This document shows positions 27,601-36,927 of a stretch of DNA of 64,000 bases, in pieces. Position 1 is the stretch's first letter. Each line of letters starts with the position of its first letter. Below the pieces are notes generated by a model. It worked only from the letters and a program-made list of their open reading frames with translations, had not been told where the DNA came from and searched no databases. A program made the translations under genes and the position numbers. The stretch comes from Eledone cirrhosa (lineage: Eukaryota). The stretch spans positions 12,400,001-12,464,000 of the forward strand of contig OZ024750.1 in the NCBI GenBank assembly GCA_964016885.1. Direction: 5' to 3'.

Positions 27601-27886
27601 AAGCATAAACGAACTAAGGAAAAAATTAGAAATAAGAGGGATCAGATGTTGTTTACTCGAGAGAAGGCTACGTTGGTACGGTCACGTGATGCGCATGAAA
27701 GACGACAGCTGTATAACAAAGTGCAGGGCAATAAAGATAGACGGTAGCCACGGAGTAGGCAGACCCAGAAAAACATGGGACGAGCTGATAATTTCCGACC
27801 TCACACGCTTACACCTCTCCAAGACAATGTCACTGGACCGAGACCTTTGGCGGTACTCAGTAATAGAGAAGACCCGCCTTACCTAA
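24653..27886 (+). CDS. RTE-clade non-LTR retrotransposon ORF (AP-endonuclease + reverse transcriptase), intact, ~1077 aa from first ATG
   Basis: Uninterrupted ORF (track starts at TTG 24641; first ATG 24653). APE motifs GTMNVGTL, CIQETRW, SAYAPQ, GDLNGHVG, QVDYIL, SQHR. RT motifs NYRGIKL, QFGF, FVDLEKAFD, GVHQGSVLSP, LLYADDL, FRYLG. RTE-type C-terminus MLHGSETW...RRLRWYGHVMR...GRPRKTW. Confidence 0.97.
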   Translation: MMDGLRNSGELKREKCGRSATMPKIKPNSPRGRECKHSSLFRPRMANITPSPPAPHRSHPPNAIQNFRVGTMNVGTLKGRSNEVVEMLERKEVDVCCIQETRWRGGSARFIVGKERCYKLFWVGNDNGLGGVGIMVAEKWADKIIDVNRVNDRIIKIRLVLNKTTVTVISAYAPQSGQPRAIKDRFYETLMLATSQITDSDYIVIAGDLNGHVGQHCDGYDGIHGGYGFGTRNEEGSRILEFCDANNLTICNTNFKKRDNHLITYRSGEHTSQVDYILTRRRDRVSVVNTKSHPHEEFTSQHRLIISDLIVRTRRTRQRKRTILRRKIWKLKDPIARNKFQSKLLDAFDSKEEQLESYNIEEQWEFLRANLLTAADEVCGWSRPVGRRRVTWWWNSKVEESIKAKKQAWKVWRDGGSREDYQVARREARRQVYFARREAEERKFKHVLQREDQKREVFRIARQCVKENRDIVGEKCVLNDDGILAITDADKKVAWKCHYERLLNEENKWEKDSLPQIDPIEGPAVLVEGSIISKAIKDMKTGKAAGPSEIVAEMLKASGSVGHTMVTRIVNQVVQNGVVPKEWRSSIIVNCYKGKGDALDRSNYRGIKLIDQVMKVTEKVIAQLIRERIDLDEMQFGFVSGKSTTDALFIVRQLQEKYLAKSKPLYLAFVDLEKAFDRVPRSIIWWSLRKLGVDEWLVRAIQAMYKETVSKVRINNEYSEEFSVKVGVHQGSVLSPLLFIIALQAITEEFKTGCPWELLYADDLTLIAESMTELEKKFQTWKHGLESKGLKINLAKTKVLVCRKENKAAVPSGKWPCSVCRKGVGRNSILCPKCKVWVHKRCSGITGKLTKNIDFTCGRCSGAISSSKCPQNTSSFNCAEGSIEIVDSFRYLGDKISSGGGCSESTVARVRTGWKKFRELIPLLAARGFSLKMKGRLYDACIRTAMLHGSETWALCAEDIRRLERNEACMLRWMCNSNIRERQSINELRKKLEIRGIRCCLLERRLRWYGHVMRMKDDSCITKCRAIKIDGSHGVGRPRKTWDELIISDLTRLHLSKTMSLDRDLWRYSVIEKTRLT
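27101..27232 (+). other. PHD-type zinc finger (C4HC3) inside the RT domain
   Basis: Translation CSVC-x10-CPKC-x4-H-x2-C-x14-CGRC, between GLKINLAKTKVL and FRYLG. Confidence 0.85.
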
Positions 27887-28060
27887 ATACAAAGTAAAAA
27901 CCTACTACAGTCAGTAGGCACCTCTATCAAAACACACCCCCGTCCCACCACCTCCACCTCCACCCCACCCACACCGCCCCTTTCAATGTAAAGTTATGTT
28001 GGCCCCACAACATCCAGGCCGAAACAAATGAGATCGTGTAGGTGTCACGACAAAAAACAC

Positions 28061-28292
28061 ACAGTCCACGCTGTAAATGTGGCCGTGTAGGCAACACGGT
28101 AAAAACCTCCCGGCCCCACACTGTAAATGTGGTTGGTGTTAGGAAGGGCATCCAGCTGTAGAAAACCCGCCAGACAGTCCACGCTGTAATGTGGCCGTGT
28201 AGGCAACACGGTAAAAACCTCCCAGCCCCACACTGTAAATGTGGTTGGTGTTAGGAAGGGCATCCAACTGTAGAAAACCCGCCAGACAGTCC
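28061..28292 (+). repeat. Tandem duplication (~113 bp x2) in RTE 3' UTR
   Basis: ACAGTCCACGCTGTAA...GAAAACCCGCCAG starts at 28061 and 28174. It is also duplicated in the 32.3-kb copy but single in the 11.1-kb copy. Confidence 0.93.
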
Positions 28293-28486
28293 TATGCGAG
28301 CAAGACAACCACTCTTGCCTCAAGTGGGAAAACCCCCGTCCAAACCCATGCAAGCGTGGAACACGGACGCTAAACCTGATGATGATGATGATGATGATGA
28401 TGATATTACTATGAACATGTTTTTAATTTCTTAGTCACACATTGGTGGTAAAAAAGTATGAGCTGATAATGATAATACAAATGTAC

Positions 28487-28730
28487 AACCCCACCCCACC
28501 CCACCCCACACACCACCACCATTGACACCACCGCCACCACCACTGTCACCACCACCACCACCACTACTGTCTACTCCACCATCACCACCACCACCACTAC
28601 TGTCTACTCCACCATCACCACCACCACCACCACCACCACCACTACTGTCTACTCCACCACCACCACCACTGTCTACTCCACCACCACCACCACCACTGAC
28701 ACCACCACCACCATTGTCACCACCACCATC
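28487..28730. repeat. Degenerate (CCA)n tract
   Basis: Seen directly. Confidence 0.9.
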
Positions 28731-29736
28731 GCTAAACTGTAACAAGCTCTGTATAACCTCTGTGGGCCCCAGTGTTTTTTTACACAACTATAATTATGAG
28801 CAGAATACAAAATTGGGCTACAAAAGGTAAATTGTTTTTTTATTGTTAATTCTTCACTACATAAATGTTTATTCTCAAAACATGTCTCACTCACAAAGTT
28901 GACTTAAAGACCTTTGATAATTACATAAATCTGAAAAAGAAAGATAAAAACAAAATTAAATAATGAGAAAAAGGGGAAGGGGTAAAGAAGGGCAGATCTG
29001 GCTGTATGGGAAAGTAGAGGACAGGACAATAAATGCCATAAATGAGAGGGAAAGGAGGGAAAAGCAAGGAATCTTGGGAGGGCTCTGGGCCTAGGGTGAG
29101 GTGGTGTTTTGGCTGTGACCCCTACCTCCTCCGCAGACAAAACTGCCAAGGTAAATAATGAAACATTACAGCACTGTATAATATAATATGGTGTTCCTGT
29201 GGGGTATCAGGATTTACAAACTGATGTATTATCAGTTAAAAATAATAAAATTACATTTGAAAAGAGTTATAAAATTGTTTCATTATGAATTCTATAGATT
29301 TATCACATAGTGTCAATGACTCTTTCAGTATGTTAGCCTTTACATAGTTATGTTTTTTAATTCAATATCCAGGAGGAAGAGATAATGATCATATGTTCTG
29401 AGGTTTCTCTTGGACAAGTAGAATGAGAGGGAGAAAGGGAGGGAAACTGTAAAGTAGTTTTCTGGATTTTTTGTGAGGAGAGGAGCGAGGGTTTCGATGA
29501 TAAGGTTTCAAATGATTGGTGAAGATATAAGGGGAAAACGATAAATACCAGTAGAAAGAAATATAAAGTGGACAAAAAGAAGGGTTTTAAGGGAGTACAA
29601 AGTATGATCAATAAAAAAAAAAGGATAATCAATATTGTGATAAAGGTAATCATTTGAATTCTGGATTACTAAATAAATTTGTAGAATGTTGATTGTTTAT
29701 CTATTGGGATATCTATATCTATCTATCTATCTATCT

Positions 29737-30690
29737 ATGGAAAATGGGCGGCTGGCACATCGAATGTGCTCAGGCACTCACAGTCCTCTGGCAAACGGAC
29801 CCGGCGATCAGTGGAGACTCCACTTTGTCATTCTATAGAGGGTTGGTCCGCAGCAAGTGCGACGACACGCTCGGAGAAAATCTAACCGTAGAGGAGGACG
29901 AACTGGCCAGTCTGTTCGGTAGGACCTTCCGTCTGGGACCAATGGACAACTACCAAAAGTCCCTGGCCTGGCAGTGCTACCGAGGAGCTCTACCAGTTTG
30001 AGACAAGCTCTACAGACATGGGCGCCCGGGTAGGGACCCTTTGAAAAAGATCTGTCCGAGATGCGTGTGCGACGAGAAGACCGTCGCACATGCATTTGTA
30101 CACTGCCTGGGCGTTACTGACCTGTGGGGTTATGTAGAACGACTATTGTCGCGGATGGGACCAATGCAGTTGACCACTGAATCCATTGTCATGATCAAAC
30201 CGCCACCCTCCTTCAAAAATGAGGGAGAGGCGGTTTTCCTATGTGTTATGGCTATGGTGGACGAGGTTAAAAGGGCTGAGGTCAGACACCTTTCTCACCG
30301 GCGAGCAACTGATTCGTTTTTTCAAATACTACTTTGGAAGAAGAGTCAGGATGGAGAGAGAGGTGCTGTACCCCAGCAAGTTTTATGAAAGGTGGGTAAA
30401 AGTGGCGAGAATGGCCCGAGTGAATGGGCCTTCTCTCTATATCAGCCTGTAGGTTGAGGAAAAAGAGGAGGAGAGGAAAGGAGTACAAACTCGTTGTACT
30501 CCTGGAGATGAGGGTTGCACATTTTTTCGGGGCTATGTGTTACCCATATGAACTGTCTCCCCTATTGGGGAAAATCGACTAATTTTAAAATTGCATTTGT
30601 GATAATATTTTACACGTTTTTATTGTATGTAAACTTCCCCCTTTGTATTTGTCCCCTTCTTTTGTGCCCCTGTGGCTAATAAAGAAACAT
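29737..30690 (+). pseudogene. L1/Tx1-clade LINE ORF2 3' fragment with CCHC zinc knuckle, 3' UTR and AATAAA
   Basis: ...KSLAWQCYRGALPV*DKLYRH...CPRCVCDEKTVAHAFVHC..DLW (zf-RVT-like C-x2-C-x8-H-x4-C), with an in-frame stop and a frameshift. Ends GTGGCTAATAAAGAAAC. Confidence 0.85.
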
Positions 30691-30694
30691 ATCT

Positions 30695-30699
30695 ATATA

Positions 30700-30748
<49 letters not shown>

Positions 30749-30953
30749 ATATATATATATGTGTGTGTGTGTGTATATATATATATGTGTGTGTGTGTGT
30801 ATATATATATATGTGTGTGTGTATATATATATATGTGTGTGTGTGTGTATATATATATATGTGTGTGTGTGTGTATATATATATATGTGTGTGTGTGTGT
30901 ATATATATATATGTGTGTGTGTGTGTATATATATATATGTGTGTGTGTGTGTG

Positions 30954-30984
<31 letters not shown>

Positions 30985-31031
30985 ATATATATATGTGTGT
31001 GTGTGTATATATATATATGTGTATATATATA

Positions 31032-31064
<33 letters not shown>

Positions 31065-31143
31065 GTGTGTGTGTATATATATATATGTGTGTGTGTATAT
31101 ATATATATGTGTGTGTGTATATATATATATGTGTATATATATA

Positions 31144-31178
<35 letters not shown>

Positions 31179-31185
31179 GTGTGTG

Positions 31186-31216
<31 letters not shown>

Positions 31217-31361
31217 ATATATATATATATGTGTGTGTGTATATATATATATATGTGTGTGTATATATATGTGTGTGTGTATATGTGTGTGAGTGTGTGT
31301 GTGTGTATGTATATGTGTGTGTGTGTATGTATATGTGTGTGTGTGTATATATATATATATA

Positions 31362-31434
<73 letters not shown>

Positions 31435-31514
31435 ATATATATATATATGTGTGTGTGTGTATATATATATATATGTGTGTATATATATGTGTGTGTGTGT
31501 ATATATATATATAT
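30695..31514. repeat. Compound (TA)n(TG)n microsatellite, ~820 bp
   Basis: Seen directly; pure alternating purine-pyrimidine except one GAG. Confidence 0.97.
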
Positions 31515-31515
31515 T

Positions 31516-31786
31516 GTATTAATATATAAGGAACAAAGAATCAGTGTTGCATCATATACATATGTATTACATATTACACATGTTTCACAGTCAATCAGTG
31601 CAAGGAACAATCTATTAATGATTGAGCCTGCATATCAAAACATATCTGAAGAGTTTCCGATTCCAGAGTCACATTTGATCATTAATAGATTGTTCCTCGC
31701 ACTGATTGACAGTGAAACATATGTAATATGTAATTAAATATGTATATGATACAACACTGATTCTTTGTTCCCTTATATATTAATAC
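31516..31786. repeat. Long inverted repeat (~107-bp arms)
   Basis: GTATTAATATATAAGG...CAATCTATTAATGAT versus ATCATTAATAGATTG...CCTTATATATTAATAC. Confidence 0.92.
31640..31731 (+). ncRNA. Degenerate hammerhead ribozyme motif
   Basis: ACATAT-CTGAAGA-...-GAAA-C-ATAT-G-TA-ATATGT; stem I is 6 bp, stem II is decayed. Confidence 0.6.
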
Positions 31787-31937
31787 TATTGATACTCTGC
31801 TCCCCAAGAGCATCGAGTGCTCACCCAGCATACCACCTATGGACCCAATAAACTTGCACCTTAACACACACATATGTGTGTGAATGAGTCCTAGGTTCAA
31901 TCAGGGCTACTCAATACATTAGTAGAGTGTAAACTTC

Positions 31938-32071
31938 ATGTTTAATGTAGAAATGGCTTCTACAGAACTAGAACTGTTTCAGTCAAAAAGAATCATCAGG
32001 AAAGCTTTCCTGATGATTTCTTTTGAATGAAACAGTTCTAATCCTGTAGAAGCCATTTCTACAATAAACAT
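31938..32071. repeat. Loopless palindrome (~67-bp arms)
   Basis: Centre TCATCAGGAAAG|CTTTCCTGATGA at 32004/32005. Confidence 0.92.
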
Positions 32072-32151
32072 TATACATATACACACATGTATACATATAT
32101 ATATCCAGGGAGCGTAACACGGAATTACTGTAGGTTCATTACTACCACAGA

Positions 32152-32236
32152 GGTCCGATGAGCTATTGATTACAGAGTCAGGCTAGATTGATAGAGATTG
32201 AACCATGAGCTGATCAATAGCGAAACGTGCGTCACC
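32152..32236 (+). ncRNA. Degenerate hammerhead ribozyme motif
   Basis: GGT-CCGATGA-GCTATTGAT...ATCAATAGC-GAAA-C-GTGC-G-TC-ACC; one core substitution, stem I only 3 bp. Confidence 0.55.
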
Positions 32237-32302
32237 AACCGATAAACATAATGAAGAAGTAACCATTCATCCTTGTTGTCTTATTATATATACATATATA
32301 TA

Positions 32303-33015
32303 GGTCACGTGATGCGCATGAAAGACGACAGCTGTATAACAAAGTGCAGGGCAATAAAGATAGACGGTAGCCACGGAGTAGGCAGACCCAGAAAAACATG
32401 GGACGAGCTGATAAATTCCGACCTCACACGCTTACACCTCTCCAAGACAATGTCACTGGACCGAGACCTTTGGCGGTACTCAGTAATAGAGAAGACCCGC
32501 CTTACCTAAATACAAAGTAAAAACCTACTACAGTCAGTAGGCATCTCTATCAAAACACCCCCCTGTCCCACCACCTCCACCCATCCACACCGCCCCTTTC
32601 AATGTACAGTTATGTTGGTCCCACAACATCCAGGCCGAAACAAATGAGATCGTGTAGGTGTCACGACAAAAAAACACACAGTCCACGCTGTAAATGTGGC
32701 CGTGTAGGCACGGTAAAAACCTCCCAGCCCCACACTGTAAATGTGGTTGGTGTTAGGAAGGGCATCCAGCTGTAGAAAACCCGCCAGACAGTCCACGCTG
32801 TAATGTGGCCGTGTAGGCAACACGGTAAAAACCTCCCAGCCCCACACTGTAAATGTGGTTGGTGTTAGGAAGGGCATCCAACTGTAGAAAACCTGCCAGA
32901 CAGTCCTATGCGAGCAAGACAACCACTCTTGCCTCAAGTGGGAAAACCCCCGTCCAAACCCATGTAAGCGTGGAACACGGACGCTAAACCTGATGATGAT
33001 GATGATGATGATGAT
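32303..33015 (+). mobile_element. 5'-truncated young copy of the same RTE LINE
   Basis: Near-identical to 27680-28404 (GHVMRMKDDSC...EKTRLT*, 3' UTR, (GAT)n tail). Flanked by ATATAGG at 32298-32304 and 33014-33020 (probable TSD). Confidence 0.96.
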
Positions 33016-33022
33016 ATAGGGT

Positions 33023-33203
33023 AGGGCGGTGGATTGGCAGTATCGGTAGAAGGTTGGATGCCATACTTTGCAGCATAGAGTTACGGCCCTTTATGATCTG
33101 AGTTCAAATGCCGCCGAGGTTAACTTTGCCTTTCATTCTTATGGGATCGATAAAATAAAGTACCAGTTATGCACTAGCCTTGTGACAAAAGTAGAAACAA
33201 TTA
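33023..33203 (+). mobile_element. SINE family 1
   Basis: GGGCGGTGGATTGGCAGTATCGG...AAAAGTAGAAACAATTA. Confidence 0.9.
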
Positions 33204-33219
33204 TATATATATATATATA

Positions 33220-33403
33220 AGGAAGACGTGGTAGAGGTAGACCATGAAAAACCTGGGCGGAGGTGGTGAGAACAGACCTCAGATCGCTGAAGCTCACAGT
33301 GGAGATGACGAAGGACCGTGACAAGTGGAGAGATGCTGTGCTGAATAAGACCCGTCCCACCCTTGCAAGCAGGGAAAGGCGGACGTAAAATAATGATGAT
33401 GAT
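33220..33403 (+). mobile_element. 3' fragment of a second RTE subfamily with a very short 3' UTR
   Basis: Translates GRRGRGRP*KTWAEVVRTDLRSLKLTVEMTKDRDKWRDAVLNKTRPT, homologous to the intact ORF C-terminus. Followed directly by GCAAGCAGGGAAAGGCGGACGTAAAA and a (GAT)n tail. Similar terminal stubs near 9355-9413, 11533-11590 and 45365-45405. Confidence 0.85.
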
Positions 33404-33717
33404 TATATATATATATATATATATACACACACAAAACTTGCTTTTTAATTATACACTGCATAAACATCATGTAATGTGCATATCAATAAGTTGTTTTAAT
33501 AGAAACACTTCTTCCTTATTAACTCCCTTCACGCAACCAATGAATTATATTTGTAATTAGGAATTTTCTTTTTGTAAATAATAGTTTTTTTAAATTCATT
33601 ACATGGTATTATCTCCATAAATCAATTTAATTAAATTTGAATCCACTAAGAAGTCCAATGTAGAATTGTGTGTGTGTTTTTTTTTTTTTTTTTTTTTTTT
33701 TTTTAGGATTAATGATA

Positions 33718-33882
33718 ATTGTTTTTACTTTTGGCACAAGGCCAGCAATTATCCCAGTGTATTACTGGTACTTTATTTTATCGACCCCGTAAGGATGAAA
33801 GGCAAAGTTAACCTCGGCGGGATTTGAACTCAGACCATAAAGGACCGTAACTCATTGCTGCAAAGCATGGCGTCCGACCCTC
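33718..33882 (-). mobile_element. SINE family 1, 5'-truncated
   Basis: Family sequence; 18-bp TSD TTTAGGATTAATGATAAT (33702-33719 / 33883-33900). Confidence 0.92.
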
Positions 33883-35564
33883 TTTAGGATTAATGATAAT
33901 ATGATATGTAGGCATTTGGATTTTTTGGAGTAAGATATAAGGAACTTATGAGGTGATGGTGATGGTGGTGGTGGTGAGCGGGTGGGGAGTGATGTGGTGG
34001 GTGTGTGGGTCTTAAAGAATTATCATTATAATGGTTTGTTCTGGCAGTAATCCAAAGAAATAGTAATCATCATCTTCATCGTTTAACATCTATTTTTCCA
34101 CGCTAGCATGGGTTAGACGGTTTCTTAAATGAAGTATTGAAAGTATTGAATATTCAACAAGATAATTATCTAGGTTGACATATATAAGAAATGGTATCTT
34201 TCTGAAGGAAGAACATGTCAGCAAAAATGAATAACTGCTTAAATTTACAACAGCTAAAGAAACAAAGTTGCATGATAAGAACCTGCTCCAGATTTATCAA
34301 TGTTCTGGGCAATATTTAGATATTCCAGGAAATTTGAAAGTAGATATATTGAGTTATAGGGCAGTGAATTGGCCAAGTTGTTACAATGGTGGATAGAGTA
34401 CTTTGTTGTATTAGTTCCTGCTCTTTGCTCGCTGAGTTAAAATCCTGCTGAGGTCAACTTTACCTTTCATCCATTCGAAGGTTGATTAAAAACTTATCAG
34501 TCTATTACTGGGGTTGATACTTGCGCTATATATCTTTCTAGCTTCCGTTCAATTACTCTTTATCTTTCTCTGAAAAAAAATCTGCTCTATTCAAACCTGG
34601 AGAGGATTGGGCTCTGCCAGATTTTAAAAATGCCCTAGAAACACTGTATGTCAATATGACTCCCTTACAATTCCCTCGGGAGTTATGAGACCATCCATAT
34701 TGTAGCTACTAAGGTATGATAGTGAGGATATCTACTAAGGACTTTAGGGTGAGGTGTAGTGATGGTGAGAATAGTCAAGGAGAGAACAGAGAAGGGTCAG
34801 GGAAATAGGTCAGAAAAGTAATTCAACTGATTTCATTTGTTAAGCACATACAATCATCTTTAGCGCTGGTGAGGGCTATTTCATTATTACATGATATAAT
34901 AGATGAATTTGGATATCATAGCACAGACTACTATTGCAATACTATCTGATAAAGATGCAGTGCTAAGATAAAACTAGTCATTAGAAATGTATTATGAAGC
35001 AATGTAGACAATAGATTCTATTTATCAACAGAAATATTTTCAGAAAGAAATGTAAATGTCAACATTAAGTGTTTTGAAGTCGCCAAGAAAAGTGAACTAT
35101 ATGTGTTTAGCTTGTAAACTTTGGTATTTTATATTTCCTACAGATAACCTGCAATAAATATGATGTTTCTTAAAATAATTTCCTTAATCAAAATGTAAGG
35201 CATTTATTTGTTGGTTATTTCTTTAATGTTATAAATAAATATGGGGTATTATTTAGTAATTAGTTTTCTATTGGATATAGACATACATTATTAATCTCCT
35301 TTACTGATTAGAGCTGATATATATTCATATAAAAGCAATGCTATGAAATATCTACTGATGCTTATCAATATTTATGCATGCATATAATTGTTATAGATAA
35401 ACAAGATAAATACAATAGACATTGACGATTAAAACAAATGCTGACATATAAAAATATATATATATAATATATATACATATATATATATCATATATATAAA
35501 ACAAAACATGAGAGGAGAGAAATAATGTAGGAAAAAAAAATGGTTGAAGTTAATGGTTGTTGCT

Positions 35565-35862
35565 AATGGTAATGGTGGTAGTAGTGGTAGTGGTAGTGGT
35601 AGTGGTGGTGGTAGTAGTGGTAGTGGTGGTGATAGTATTGGTGGTAGTAGTGGTGGTGGTGGTAGTGGTGGTGATAGTATTGGTGGTAGTAGTGGTGGTG
35701 GTAGTAGTGGTGGTGGTGGTAGTGGTGGTGGTAGTAGTGGTGGTAGTGGTAGTGGTGGTGATAGTATTGGTGGTGGTGGTAGTAGTAGTATTATTTGTGG
35801 TGGTGGCAGTAGTGGTGCTAGTGGTAGTGGTGGTAATAGTAGTAGTAGTGGTAGTAGTAGTA
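35565..35862. repeat. (GGT/AGT)n tract
   Basis: Seen directly. Confidence 0.92.
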
Positions 35863-36512
35863 CTGATAGGACTATTTCAGGATTCTAGATATAATATTTT
35901 TTCTGTGTAAACTATTAGACCATTTATTATTGTGGCTAGGAATATTGTTTTTTATTGTGTGTGTGTTTTTTTGTCGTTGCCTATGGAAATCCCAACTATC
36001 AAATTACTGTAGTTTTAATCAATCCCCACAGCCTCCATTTTCTTTTTCGATTTATATACTTTCCAGCTTTTAATCTTCAATCATTCTGATTAATTTTGTG
36101 ATGTTCTATGAGAGAAACTATTCTAGGATTATGACAAAAAGGTTTCAAGAATCAATGAATGGTAAAGAAAATAAGAATTATGATCAACTTTTACTTGTTT
36201 AATTTCATAATACCTTCTCCCAAACCCCAGAACTGAATAAAAGTAAGTTATAGTTGACTGGTTGTCATCCCTCATTATTCGAGGTTAACTTTGCCTTTCA
36301 TCCTTACGGGGGTCGATAAAATAAAGTACCAGTAATGTACTGGGTGATTGCTGGCCTTGTGCCTAAAGTAGAAACAATTATTACAGCTGTCATACTAGAA
36401 ATATGACAGCTGTGATTCTTAACTACTCATCCTGCTCCTCCTCAACACCCACAAAGTCTTTGTCCCTAATATATTACATTTAGGCTCATTTCCCTCCTCT
36501 ACTGAACAACAG

Positions 36513-36927
36513 TTAACCCTTTAGCATTTACATTACTCTATATTTACTATTGTATTTTTACAGTAAAGGCTTTATCTCACATAATTATCTCACATAATAT
36601 TGAATCTATGAGATTTTGATGTTATTCATTTTGAGAAGAATGCCTTAACCCTTTAGCATTTACATTACTTTATATTTACTATTATATTTTCATGGTAACA
36701 CTTTATTTCACATAATTATCTCACATAATATCGAATCTATGAGATGTTGATATTATTTATTTTGAGGACAATACCTTAACATAAGTCTGAGCAGCCTGTT
36801 ACAGCCAGTTTGACCAGAAAGAGGTGAGAGAATTCTGACTGGATACAGCCGGTTTAAATGCTAAAGGGTTAATGTAGCTATGAGCAGCCAGATATGGCTG
36901 GTTTGAATAGAAAGTTCTGGCCAGATA
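36513..36927. mobile_element. Nested pair of piggyBac-type MITE family A (inner copy 36645-36872)
   Basis: Outer copy is interrupted at its internal CCTTAA site by a complete copy with TTAA duplicated; the outer sequence resumes at 36873. Confidence 0.88.

Larger units (their letters stand above)
24505..28404 (+). mobile_element. Full-length RTE LINE body: leader, ORF, ~490-nt 3' UTR and (GAT)n tail (may extend 5' to 18111)
   Basis: ORF followed by a 3' UTR ending ...GGAACACGGACGCTAAACC(TGA)n at 28377-28404. The same 3' end recurs at 32303-33015 and, inverted, at 11097-11491. Confidence 0.93.

Noticed and set aside
24613-27606. Antisense and alternative-frame ORFs over the LINE ORF
   Set aside because: Shadow ORFs of a real coding sequence with no independent features.
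17980-28431. 14-bp direct repeat TGTTTTTAATTTCT (17980 and 28418) as the LINE TSD
   Set aside because: It lies 13 bp away from the tail and ~120 bp from the array start and is low complexity; probably chance.
30643-31737. Long Y/I/C/V/H/T-rich ORFs (also 4401-5069, 14952-15410, 28431-28830, 35544-35910, 45593-46049, 54563-55098)
   Set aside because: Translations of micro- or trinucleotide satellites.
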